Positions 43,801-55,600 of a stretch of 64,000 nt of DNA are shown piece after piece (positions within the stretch are counted from its first letter, which is position 1; every line of letters begins with the position of its first letter). The DNA is from Trichoplax sp. H2 (lineage: Eukaryota): the NCBI GenBank assembly GCA_003344405.1, contig NOWV01000017.1:62001-126000 (forward strand). Direction: 5' to 3'. The notes beneath the pieces were generated by a model. It was given only the letters and a program-made list of their open reading frames with translations. It was not told the DNA's origin and did not search any database. The position numbers and the translations under genes are program-made.

Positions 43801-46226
43801 GTATAAATCAATCGTAGAAGTTTTAAGTCAATGATAATGAGCATAAGGTAAGTACATTGTCCGCTAGATTTTAGCCACATAGGGGTAGTTCAAGACGTTA
43901 AAGGTAATCATGTTTACACGCCGCTACTGCTATTACAGTTCTAGCATTAGCTGCCAGCTCCGCTAATAACCACTAGATGCAATGAAGATCGTGAGTGAAC
44001 CCTTTACTGTACCTGTTTGTAGGCATGAAGGTATTTCTCAATTTCAAGCCAATACCTAGATTGATTTTGATCCTTTTTTGGTATTTTTCCATCAAAACAG
44101 ACTATGGCAGGTTGAGTTAAGTTGACCATTAATCTATTATCATTTAAAGATAAGCGATAACGTTTGTTTAAATCCGATATAGCGACCTCATATATACAAT
44201 AAAATGTAGTCAATACTAGACAGATCAAAATATTGTATAGGATACGATTATTTTCTATTATATCATATTAAAAATATAGTTATAGATTTTCTAAACTATT
44301 TCGACAGAGATCAAGTTTATCCGTAGTAGAAATATTTTATAGAGGACCGACCTAATAGTTAGGGATAAAAGTTCTGCATCTTTCCAGTGGCATTTAATAA
44401 TTGGAATTAAATCCTAAACATCATGAATAAATTTATAACATTGGTTATCCATATTGGACTTTAAAATAAAATAATTTGACTAATGAAGTCGATATATACA
44501 TTGCATAGAAGAATCTAAGAATTTTCTTTACTTACATTTTTGATGATAAACGATTTACCAAGCTGTCGTCGGACAACTTGATTATCATCATCTCGTCGTA
44601 AGAAACGGATTAAATCTTTAATTGTCACTATAAAAATCGAAATTAAGAATAGTTATTAAAAGGCTTAATTTGCAATATATCGTAGGTAAGGCAGTTTCTA
44701 AATACGAGTAAATCATTCCAAATTGAAATCAAAGTTCCTTCAGTTCAGAGGTAGTTATTCCAAGCATAGGTAGAAGAGATTTAATTCATAAAATTTTCAT
44801 AGTTCTCTAACGCAAATGGTTCTTTAATGAATTTTTACATTGTTAACCGTTACCCATTCTAGCTGGCTTGAAAGTATAGAAGAATCGATAGCTATATAGT
44901 GCAGTAGACCGTATATACCAAGACTGATATATATTCAACGTAAACGTCAATGATGAAATACGTGTAAGTAGTACGAAGGAGATAAAGTAAATTTTACAGT
45001 TGAAATTTACTTCCTTTTCACTTAGTAATGGGTTACTGTAGGGATAGAAGGAATTTTATTCCATGAAATTTGATACTTGTGTACGCAATTGACATTTATA
45101 GGCCTCGATATCATCGAAGGAGAAAAGGATAAATGTAGAAATGTATATATTCAGTGAATTACCGCGGTTAACCGTAAGATTTATTTACTCCTAACTGCTA
45201 CGAAAAGTACAGTACCTACCAGTACAGAGAAATCAATATTACAGTCTATTAACTTAATCAAGATTGATATTCAAAGTCGATCTCAGAAACGCAAATGAAC
45301 TGCCTAGAGGGAAATCAAGTGAATTTTATAGCCAGACTTTCATTTCTTTCATCAAGAAATACAGTAGGTTAATGTAGGCATTGAAGGGATTGAATTTAAT
45401 CCAATTTTTATCATTGCACACCATTGACACTTTTAATCCTATTAAAGTCGTTGACTTTGTGAAACATTCTAGCCGACTTGAAAGTGCTACAGGGACATGG
45501 ATAGAAGAGTACCCTTACCAAGGCTGATATCCCATGTACATGTACATCCATCTAAGACCTCGGTAGAATACAAGGTCATTCGTTTCATTTCTACGATTTA
45601 ATGCTGTATGAATCTCAGTGAATGATATGTTTATTTTGTAACAGAAAGTCTCTACCACACCATTCTAGCAAGGAAATTCTAAAAGTATTTGCAAATAGGA
45701 TATCGATCGTTGAAGTAATGACCGTTCTTGGCCTGTATAATGCAGTTTTACAGTATGCAAGTGAATTTTACAGCCGGATAAGACCTAACTGACCCAATTC
45801 GTCGACGCTCTCATCACCCTACACTATCAATCAATCAATCAATGCATCAAAATGACAACGTATCCTTGACAACTTGTGTTACAGAAAGTCTCTACCACGC
45901 CATTCTAGCAAGGAAATTCTAAAAATGTTTGCAAATAGGATATCGATCGTTGAAGTAATGACCGTTCTTGGCCTGTATAACGCAGTTTTACAGTATGCAA
46001 GTGAATTTTACAGCCGGATAGGACCTAACTGACCCAATTCATCATCGCTCTCATCACCCTACACTACCAATCAATCAATCAATGCATCAAAATAACGAAG
46101 TTTCATTGACAACTTACAAATGCAATCTTTATCCAAGACATATTGGTCGTCTTCACAATAGCCAATATAACTTATAGTGGCAACTAACTCGTTATTAATC
46201 CCGTCAATGGCAAGGGATGCATCCAT
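37826..46226 (-). CDS. TIMELESS: TIMELESS (Timeout/Tim2-type replication fork protection protein); multi-exon
   Basis: MDASLAIDGINNELVATISYIGY..DCI|LTIKDLIRFLRRDD..VRRQLG..|DLIPII..IR|LMVNLTQPAIVCF..YLHAYKQ|AF.., ERLLLLIRNLLHVP, SRHSRFGG, VETLFWKS..EITEGYG, a Myb-like repeat, a PAB-like domain and an acidic tail ending DSDDDD*. Confidence 0.93.
45641..46116. repeat. Recent tandem duplication, 2 x 240 bp, in TIMELESS intron 1
   Basis: acagaaagtctctaccac.ccattctagcaaggaaattctaaaa... occurs at 45641 and 45881, and the copies are near-identical over about 235 bp. Confidence 0.95.
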
Positions 46227-46247
46227 ATCCAGACAATTTGGAGTTGG

Positions 46248-46417
46248 TACAAGATAGGCCTTACTCTTTGCTTCTACTCAAGCCGTATAGATCCAATGTT
46301 CAAGATTAAAATCCTGCAGGAAATACGCGTACAACTAGTTTTACAAGATAGGCCCTACTCTTGCCTACTACTTGAGTCGGATTGATCTAATGTTCAAGAT
46401 TAAAATCCAGAAGGAAA
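46248..46417. repeat. Direct repeat, 2 x ~75 bp, just upstream of the TIMELESS ATG
   Basis: tacaagataggcc.tactct...ctact...aatgttcaagattaaaatcc...aggaaa occurs at about 46248 and about 46342. Confidence 0.8.
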
Positions 46418-46596
46418 CAGTTGGAAATAATTAGTAAAGGACTGCAGGAAATTTTCACTAATGGCAATTTTCTTTGGATGTGGCGGTGGAATCCTGGCCA
46501 GTGACGATTGAATTCACTGAAGAGGTCGATCGAAATAGGCTGAAACTACCGTGGGTGAAGCTTTATACGCTTCCAATAAGATGATAGCATTCGATC

Positions 46597-46617
46597 TTCC
46601 CGCCAAATATTTGCGCG
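46597..46617 (-). promoter_or_regulatory. Putative E2F sites upstream of TIMELESS
   Basis: TTCCCGCCAAA (reverse complement TTTGGCGGGAA) at 46597-46607 and an adjacent TTTGCGCG lie about 370 bp upstream of the ATG. Confidence 0.45.
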
Positions 46618-46811
46618 TGCGTCTTGATCTGAAGCAAAGGAGCGTTCAGTGCCAAGAAAAGGCCACTTACAGTGCTACAGTACATGGTACACTGTACTGT
46701 ACACTGTACACCTGGAGTGGGACAGCGGACACCGGACTTGGATGATCGGAAACATAATTAATAAAGAACACGACATGGCGCTATGGCTAGAGCTATCGCG
46801 CTTAAGAAATG

Positions 46812-47860
46812 GCGGATTTCCGTCATCGCAGACATTTATAGTATTCATACACCTAGATGTGATGTATTAAAGGTCTGCCTCAAAAATTAAAAGTCGATTT
46901 AAATCGGTAAATGAATATATCGTAGCCATTAAAATCATGAAGTGATGCATGTTATTCATGAAAAATATTATCTCTGTTGAAGGTGATTTTCATACAGTTA
47001 TCCAAAAAAATATAGGTGATTCTGATTTTATCGTAGTCGCGTGTAATGAAGGCTAGGGGTTTCCATTATCCCAGACATTTGTAATATTCATCCACTTAGA
47101 TGTATTAAAGGTTTACTTCAAAATTAAAATCGATTCAAATCGGTGAATGAGAATATCGTAATCATTAAAATCATGAAATGTTAAACAGCATGTTATCCAT
47201 GAAATGCATATCTCATCCTTATTAAAAGGTGATTTCCGACATTTGTAATATTCATCCACCTAGATGTATCTAAGGTTCGCTTCAAAAACCAAAGTCGATT
47301 CAAATCGGTGAACGAGTATATCGTAACTATTAAAATCATGAAATCATACATGTCATTCATGAAATATCCCATCTCTATTAATATAGTTAAAAATGATTCT
47401 GCCTTTAATCGTCCATAAAGAAGGATGGGGGTTTCCGTCATCGCAAAATTGGCAGTATTCATACACCTAAAGGAGTAAGTACATCATGCTCATTAAATCA
47501 TGAAATGATGCACGTCATTCATGAAATATCCCATCTCTCTATTAAAAGGGATTCTGTCTTTGGTTACGTGTAATGAAGGATGGGGATTTCCGTCATCGCA
47601 AAAATTTAAAGTAGTCGTATACCTAGATGAGTACTCGTATATCGTACCCGTTAAAATCATAGAATAAGGTATGCTATTTATTAAATACCAATATCTCATC
47701 ACTAAAGGCGATTCTATCTTAGATAAATAATGAGTTTCCATCGTCGCAGACATTTGTAGTATTCATGCACCTGAATGAACGTATAATAGCCATTAAATTC
47801 ATCAAAATGACGCATATTATTGATTTATTCAATATTCCATTTCTAAAGGCGATACTATTT
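46812..47860. repeat. Degenerate tandem array (about 6 units, 150-240 bp)
   Basis: Recurring tttcc.tcatcgcagacattt.ta.tattcat.cacctagatg..., tatatcgta.c.attaaaatcatgaa.tgatgca.gt.attcatgaaatatc and aaaggtgattct blocks start at about 46815, 47060, 47235, 47430, 47585 and 47735. Confidence 0.85.
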
Positions 47861-48238
47861 TAGAATTGTTATTGGCAAATAAGCCCTAATAAATATTGTT
47901 CGGTATAGATTAGCACTACAGTAGATATTTCACTACAGATTAAACGCCAGGAAATAAATATAATGAGCTAGTGTACGAAGATGAATTAAAATGTTGATTT
48001 AATTGCGCTGTTGATATAATTTAATCACAGTAATTAACGCGAAATTATTATCTAACCATATACGCGTACATCTACTCGTATGCGTATACCGATCACTTTT
48101 CATCAACTTCCCTTCTTTAATTCATTTTATTTACTATTACATACCACCCAACTAAACAGAAGTTTCTCTTTAGTACATTGAGGCTAACCGGAATGACTAC
48201 AGCATTTTCTTGTTATAATTTATTAGCTGTTGTGTAAG

Positions 48239-48305
48239 TTGCAGTTGAAGTAGCTTCATAACATAACACAAGTTGTGTTGTGTTATGAAGCTACTTCAAC
48301 TGCAA
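48239..48305. repeat. Near-perfect 67-bp palindrome (33-bp arms, 1-nt centre, one mismatch)
   Basis: ttgcagttgaagtagcttcataacataacacaa-g-ttgtgttgtgttatgaagctacttcaactgcaa. Confidence 0.95.
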
Positions 48306-49685
48306 AACCTGTTACTGTATTTCCATCGACTTAGAACGACTAATGTGCTGATACTATGATAGATTTAAACCTCTTGCAATCGTGCTTAGAGCAAGTACAA
48401 TCACCAGAAAAATGATTCTAACTGTACAATATACTAAACTGCTTGAGTCATATTTTTTGCTCCTTGTAGTATTCTTATACATATACTGTACAGTACTTTA
48501 CTGGATATTTTGATCCACATTTATAGTAGCCTGTGACTTTTTAACTTTATTCCTTTACTAACTGGTATTCAATTACTACATCAGTGTAATCACTAAGTTA
48601 TCGCGGAAAATTTTTTTGGCTATTCCTTAACATTTTTTTAATTTTTCAAAATTTCTAGCAGATATTAATACCAGTCACTGCTGTACTTGTAGAACAGGAA
48701 CAGATTTTAACCTCCAACAATTGTTGTCATTTAAACGCTTACTACAAGGTTATACTACAGGTAGTAAGTATATGCTTATAAGAAAAATAAAGAACTGTTC
48801 TTTTAGGACTACAAGTTTGTTTTGTAGCTTAAAAACTAATCTACATTCATTCATAGTCATTCATGCGCACTCCTGCATAAAGATAGACTTGCATATTTAT
48901 TCAGTATTCTTATCTTGATACATACAGTTAAGAATAGGAAATGTATTAAATTATAAATTACTATCCTGTCCGAATAGCCTAGATAGAGATACATATTGAA
49001 CGTAATACAGATATAAAATTGACCAAACGAAACAATTAATAGACCACAGTAACACGAAGAAAGAACAGGTAGAGAAAAAAGCAAGAAAGAAAAAGTAATC
49101 TTGGGGTATCTCAAACATGGTGAACACATCGACGCCACAAACAAAATACGAAAGATATAAATATATTGCAATCACTTCGACGACCAATGAACATGGCGTT
49201 CCGATAACTGCGATATGCAGTATTGCAAGCTTACGGAATGCGTCTATAATATACATCCACACGCATATCGGTTAAACATACGAGTATATAAATAAATGCA
49301 AAAAAGTCTAATGTAATTTGCAATACTGTTGATAGTGTTAGAATGAGATATAATAAATTCCACATTACTGCGCGTATTACCAAATAAAATGCATATTCAG
49401 ATGAATGAATTTGTGTTAAAATCATCCTGAATAGATTATATTATTATTATTATTCAATACGACTTGACGCAGCTTAAAATAACTAAAAAAAGAGCCTAAA
49501 TGAATAATATCATGATTATTTAGGATATAGAATTAAAATAATAATGATAATAAACAAGCAATTGATTAGAATGCTATGGTCAGTCATGGATATTGGCTAT
49601 TCTAGATATCATGTAAGTTGTTTATTCTGGGACAAGGATAAGATTGAAATATTGAATACCAGCAAAAACATCTATTTTATTTTAT

Positions 49686-52600
49686 TCAAGTCGTTGTATA
49701 AGTAAGCCTAAAACCTTGGCTGGTAATCACTTCATCAGATACAAAAAGAACAGTTAAATGTCTATTTGTAGTAGTGTAGACTGATGGTAAACTACTTCCA
49801 CAATATTTTCCAACTAGTTGTGCATTAGTATCTTGCCCATTATACAGTGCGACATAATCGCTATCACAAGATGGTGTCTGTTGGATATTTATAGCTGTCC
49901 AAGTGACTGTAATTTGTCTAGTGGATAGGACATCGATATTCATTGTACAAGTAGTCGAATTAGGATAGGTGAACGGATAATTTGGCGATGTAAGACTGCC
50001 AGTAGGCCCAGTAATAGTACCGCTACATCCTATAAAAAGAGAAGAAAGAGAAAATAACATTAGCTAACATTACTCTTGCTTAAGATATGGAAAAACCAAA
50101 GAAATGATCTAGTCAGCCAAACAGAATATTTCTAATATTTTTCTTTCTATTCTGCAGTTAGAGTACTTATATCATTCAGTTTGTAAAGTAAATAGAACAC
50201 GGCTAATAGACGCCCATACTATTGACCCAATTAATATGCCACTTGTAATATTGAAAATATTCCTAGTCAATTCTTTATAGTGCGCAGAAATGGTATTCAT
50301 TAGTTTTCAGTTTACACATTAGGCAAAATACCATTAAATACTGATTCATATTATTAGCTCAATCATAAAAGATGATATTAATAAAACGTAAAAAGTATAT
50401 CTTGATATTTTTTCATTTCACATAACTGAAGTATCTATTCCATTTTAGTTCATTCAGTAATTAAAGTACTGCTCACTAAACATCATTTGTTTAATTAATG
50501 TGATAATTTTAATACAAAATACTTCCGAATAAAATATACAGATATAGAATTACTATTCAGTTTATACAATACCATTAAACCTTAATTCGTACTATTGGTT
50601 TAATTAAAATAATAACTTTATACACTATCTCCATAATTTTTATCAGTAGTAGTAAAATTGACATGAGTTAGTAATATTTATCGAATTGAGTTACGATTGC
50701 TTCACTGTTCTTACCATCAAGACTAGCCATATAGGAAATATCAAATCCTCTCCTATGGAAATTTTTATCAGTGAGGAACCGCATAAAGACCGAATTAGTC
50801 GACGAGGCAAATGTAAAGGGTAACGATGAGCCACAGTATTGACCAGCTAATGGAGATGCTGCTGACGAACCATCGTAAATAGTTAATGAATCACCATTGC
50901 AATTAAACAATTGCTCCAACTCAAAATCGGTAAAGAACATAACGACAACACCGCTTGATACAGTGATTTTGTAGGTACAATTTGCGTTGCCTAGGTAGGA
51001 TTGTGGATAATTTTCAGATACAATACGACCACCATCTCCGGTGTAAGTGAGTGCACAATCTACACGATGAAACACACAATCTGTTAAAATTCGATGACCA
51101 CAAAGGCTATACCATACTTAAATATCAGAAATAGTATGATATCATTGGACAATACTAGAGGCTATAAAGTAGTATTTAAATTAAAATAATTATTTTAATT
51201 TTTTTTATATATTAGTAAGCAAAGAAATACACTAAAGTTAATTTTTTAAATTTAAATTTATTATGCAGTTTCTTATCACTTTTTATAATACTGTATTAAT
51301 GATGAATTATAAAGATCAAGAAGCTGTAAGCAGTTAACTTTTCCGATAACTTGCCTTTAATATAATAAGTCATGTTAAAACCAGAATCAGTATTAGACGC
51401 ATCGCTTTTGAAAGACATAGTCAGCAGATTTGCAGCACTAAATGCTGGTTGAGGTGAATATTGATTACAGAATCTACCGATATTGTAAGGTCCTTGTGAA
51501 CTTATTTCCAATAAATCGATATAATCCTGATTGCAGAAAGCGCTGGGACTCATTGAAAATGATGTAAAGCTATAAAAGATTTGTTTGCCAACAGGAGCAG
51601 AAATAAAGTAGCGACAATCAGCGTAATTATTATAGTTATTGGGATAGTTTGGCGAGGTGATGAATTGTGGATTTGTAGTAGCTGTAACATTTTGACCACA
51701 TCCTATCACAAATTATAAATTTGGTGAACTTTTCAATACATTTAGCGATTGTAATGAGTATAGGTAAGTTAGCACTCTATGTTCTTTTCTTAACTTATGG
51801 TAAGTACCAACGGTAGCGAAGAAAACTATATTAATTTCTGTATTTACTAATGTAATGGATACCATTTATAGAAATATAGTAAATTCAACTTAGAAATATC
51901 GAAAAATTTTAATTTAATCGCAGTTATTATGTACACCTAAAATTGGTATAATACACAAGAAAATCACTTTAAATCAAATAATAATACTGTAATCAGTTAA
52001 ACAGTATACCTGGTACGGTTACCCACGTAGCATTGAAACCTTTCATATTAGATGCTGCATTTGTATGAAATTTAATCCACAAGCTAGTTGTAGTTGCAAG
52101 AATTGTAGCTGGCGCGGTAGAACCACAGTACTTATTCAATAATGGTGATGACTGTCGTAGCATGAAATCAAGAAAATATAATCTTGTAAATCAAGAGTTA
52201 TCCTTGTCTGTTTTACGACATAAAAATCGTTAGATGATAGCATGCCAAAAATTGAATATACCTGATATGGGCCATTTCTGATTTCTATATAATCATTTAC
52301 GCAAGCGCTGGATGATTCGAGAGCAAAGTCAGTAAAAGTGAGTGAGATACGTCTTCTGAATCCAGATGACTGGATTTTATAAATACAATTTAGATTGGAA
52401 GCGTAATTGGATGGGTAACCAGGTGACTGGAAAGTACCATTTTCCGTATTAAAATCTTGATTACACCCTAGTTGATAGTAAATTACAGCAATTAGTTAGT
52501 TAATGATTTCATCGAAGCTATAGTACAACTGCAAAGTTCTTTATTGTATATAGAATCAATAAAAATGTAAATAAACAGTTAAAATAAAAAATAAAGCAAT

Positions 52601-55600
52601 ACAGGGTACGGATCAATCGCATTTAATGATTGAAGAGACAAATTGCATTACCTAGACCGGAAGTATATTGGGCAGCAAAGCCACTAGCTTCCGTAGATTG
52701 ATCACTGTGGAAATGTATGTACATAGAATTACCAGATGATATAATTTCACCTATCGAATTGTTACCACAGAATTTGCCAACTAAAGGTGCAGATGAATTT
52801 AATCCGCTTCTGATTTCTACGTAATCATTTTCGCATAGAACACCTGATGCGACGTTAATAGATGCAAACGATAGCGTAATAACATTTCCAGTAGCAACAG
52901 TGATGGTGTAATAACAATCTTGTTCAGGTCTATAATTGTTAGGGTAGTTAGGCGTTGTAAAGGTTCCACTTGATGTTGTGTAATGATAATTACATGCTAC
53001 CAGAATCAAAGAAAAAATTAAAAACTAAGCATTACATGCAGTACTAATAAAGATAATTACTAATAATAGCTACATTGCATAAAAATTGAATAAACCAACA
53101 AATGATCATTAAATTACTGACTTACAAGCTTGCCAGGTTGCTTTGAATCCGGTAAGTTGTTGACTGCCATCGGAGTGGAAATGAGCGTACATTACATTAC
53201 CAGTAGTAGTTATCTTACCTGGCACATTTGTTCCACAAAATTTACCTAATAATGTATCATTAGACCTTGCTCCATCCCTTAATTCTATATAATCGTAGAG
53301 GCAATTTGCATTAGCTTCCAAACCATAGCTTGTTGGACTAAACTTTAATGATATCGTTTGACCGGGCGGACCAGTTATTACCCATCGACAATCACGCCTT
53401 GCTGGATATTGATTAGGGTAATTTGGGGATTGGATAGTACCATAACTACCGTTGAAACTACCACCACAGACTAAAATGATTTGATTAGTTTAAAATCAAT
53501 TTTCAATACTAATATGGAACTTTACACGATCACAATAGAAAATATTTACTATTCTTAACAGTAAAAAGGTAGACAGTACCTGTGTCATAAAATATAATGA
53601 ATCCTCTTCCAGTTACGTTAGCGTTAGACGAAAATACTAATTTGGCCTTATGGGTAGGAACTAAGAACGGCTGAGGAACTACCGAGCCACAAAATTTAGC
53701 TAATAACTTGGCATGGACATGAGTGTCATCGTAAACAGCCAAGTAATCGTTAGCACAATTGGGTGATGACTCCATATTGAAAACGAAAAATTGGAGTGAA
53801 ATATATTCGGACTGAGCGGTAGTAATAATCCAAGAACATTCCGTACTAACAGGGTAATTTCTTGGATAATTAGTTGAATAAATGGTATTTCGACGCGATG
53901 TAAATATAGCTCCACAAGCTTCATAAGAATATTTACAGAAATGTATTAGTAATCAATAATATATCAACCGATAAGCGATTCATCTAATTACCTCGATGCT
54001 GACTAGTCCATGACATCATAGTACCCGGTTTCTGAGCACTACCATCCGAATGAAATCGAATGTAAAGATGATTCTCAGATGATGTTATTGGACTTGGAAC
54101 AGTAGTACCACAAAATGTACCAAGCAACGGAGAGGTAACACTTTGGCCATTACGAACTCGGAGATAATCAACGTTTTGACAGTTTTGCTATAAATTAAAT
54201 ACAATATTTAGGATTAAACGCTCGTACAGTACCTTTGGATATTAATATTTTACAATCAATTCTTAATCGTTACCGGAAACGATAACTGATAATTAATTAT
54301 AATTTACTCGTATATATTTGCATCAAGTAAGGGCAATAAGTCTATCTCCAAAAAGAATAAAATTTAATACCCCTGCTTCCAAGTTGAAGCTCCTGAATGT
54401 CAGCGTAATAGCATTAATGAAAGGAACAGATAAAATCCATAGGCAATCGGAGTTTGCAGGATAATTACTTGGATAATTTGGAGTAGTGATATTACCAGAG
54501 GCGGCAGTAATCCTGCCACCACAACCTGAAGACATTAAAATTAAATATACTTCTTTGTAGGAACATTTCATGACAGAAAAATTCTATTTCTTTAAAAATT
54601 AGTTGATAAATCTTTTATTGTGGATAATATTAACTGACCATGCTTATAATAAACTTGGAATCCAGTATTATTGCCAGCACTATCAGTTTTAAATCTTAAG
54701 GTTAGTTGAGATCCGGTAGAAATAAGAGTCTTTGGTATGTTACTGGAACAAAACGTCCCAAGTGATGGTGAACTGGTACTAGGCCCATCAAATACCTTAA
54801 AAATATACACGTATATCAACATATAAAATTTATAAATCTTAACAATTCAAACTGCCTGAGCTGGCCTAGATACCAATTAAATGAAAAGATAGATGGGAAA
54901 CACTGTAGTTGAACGAATCTAAGCGGCTGCAGTTTAGAAGAGAGGCAGGTACAAGTACTATCTGCTTCCTAAATTGCTAACACACACGTATTGACTATGA
55001 AGCCAAAATGATTATCTTTAACAGCCTCAAATAGGAGAGTGAACTTTAAGATTTAATCCTGTTAAAAATGTACTATGTAAAGATATACACATGTATAAAA
55101 ATCGATTTGATATTGCTATAGTTTCTTATTGATATGGTGCTATGGTTAAAATCCTACATGTATCTACTGTCAATAATTATAATGATTGTATATGTTACAA
55201 TATCTAAGCAAAAACTCTATCTACAAAGAAATTATAAAATAATTACCTGAACAATATCGGTTACACATGCTCCACTATTAGCTTCAAGTCGGAAGGTAGT
55301 AAAAATAAGTGAAACGGTCCCATTTGGTTCATTAACATTCCAAACACAATCTAGGTTATTGGGATAATTTGATGGATAGTTTGGCGATCGGATAATGCCA
55401 AGGGCACCAGTAACTACTCCACCACATCCTAATCGTCGATGATTGAAGCGGTAGTAAAGTTTTTTAGCGCATTACATTGAAAGATTTTTGAACAAATGAA
55501 CAAACGAATGAAGAATACAACGATTTTAGAATAATGAGATAGAAGAGTAGAATTCACCTTATACAGTATTCGTATATTGTGGGATATGTGTATTAAAGTC

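Noticed and set aside
47193-47753. Two ORFs sharing EMGYFMND
   Set aside because: The similarity comes from the non-coding tandem repeat, and frames are not maintained between units.
48857-49425. Hydrophobic ORFs suggesting a membrane protein or a cubilin TM exon
   Set aside because: They lie in different frames with stops, downstream of the cubilin stop. T-rich sequence gives hydrophobic translations, so this is probably 3' UTR or intergenic DNA.
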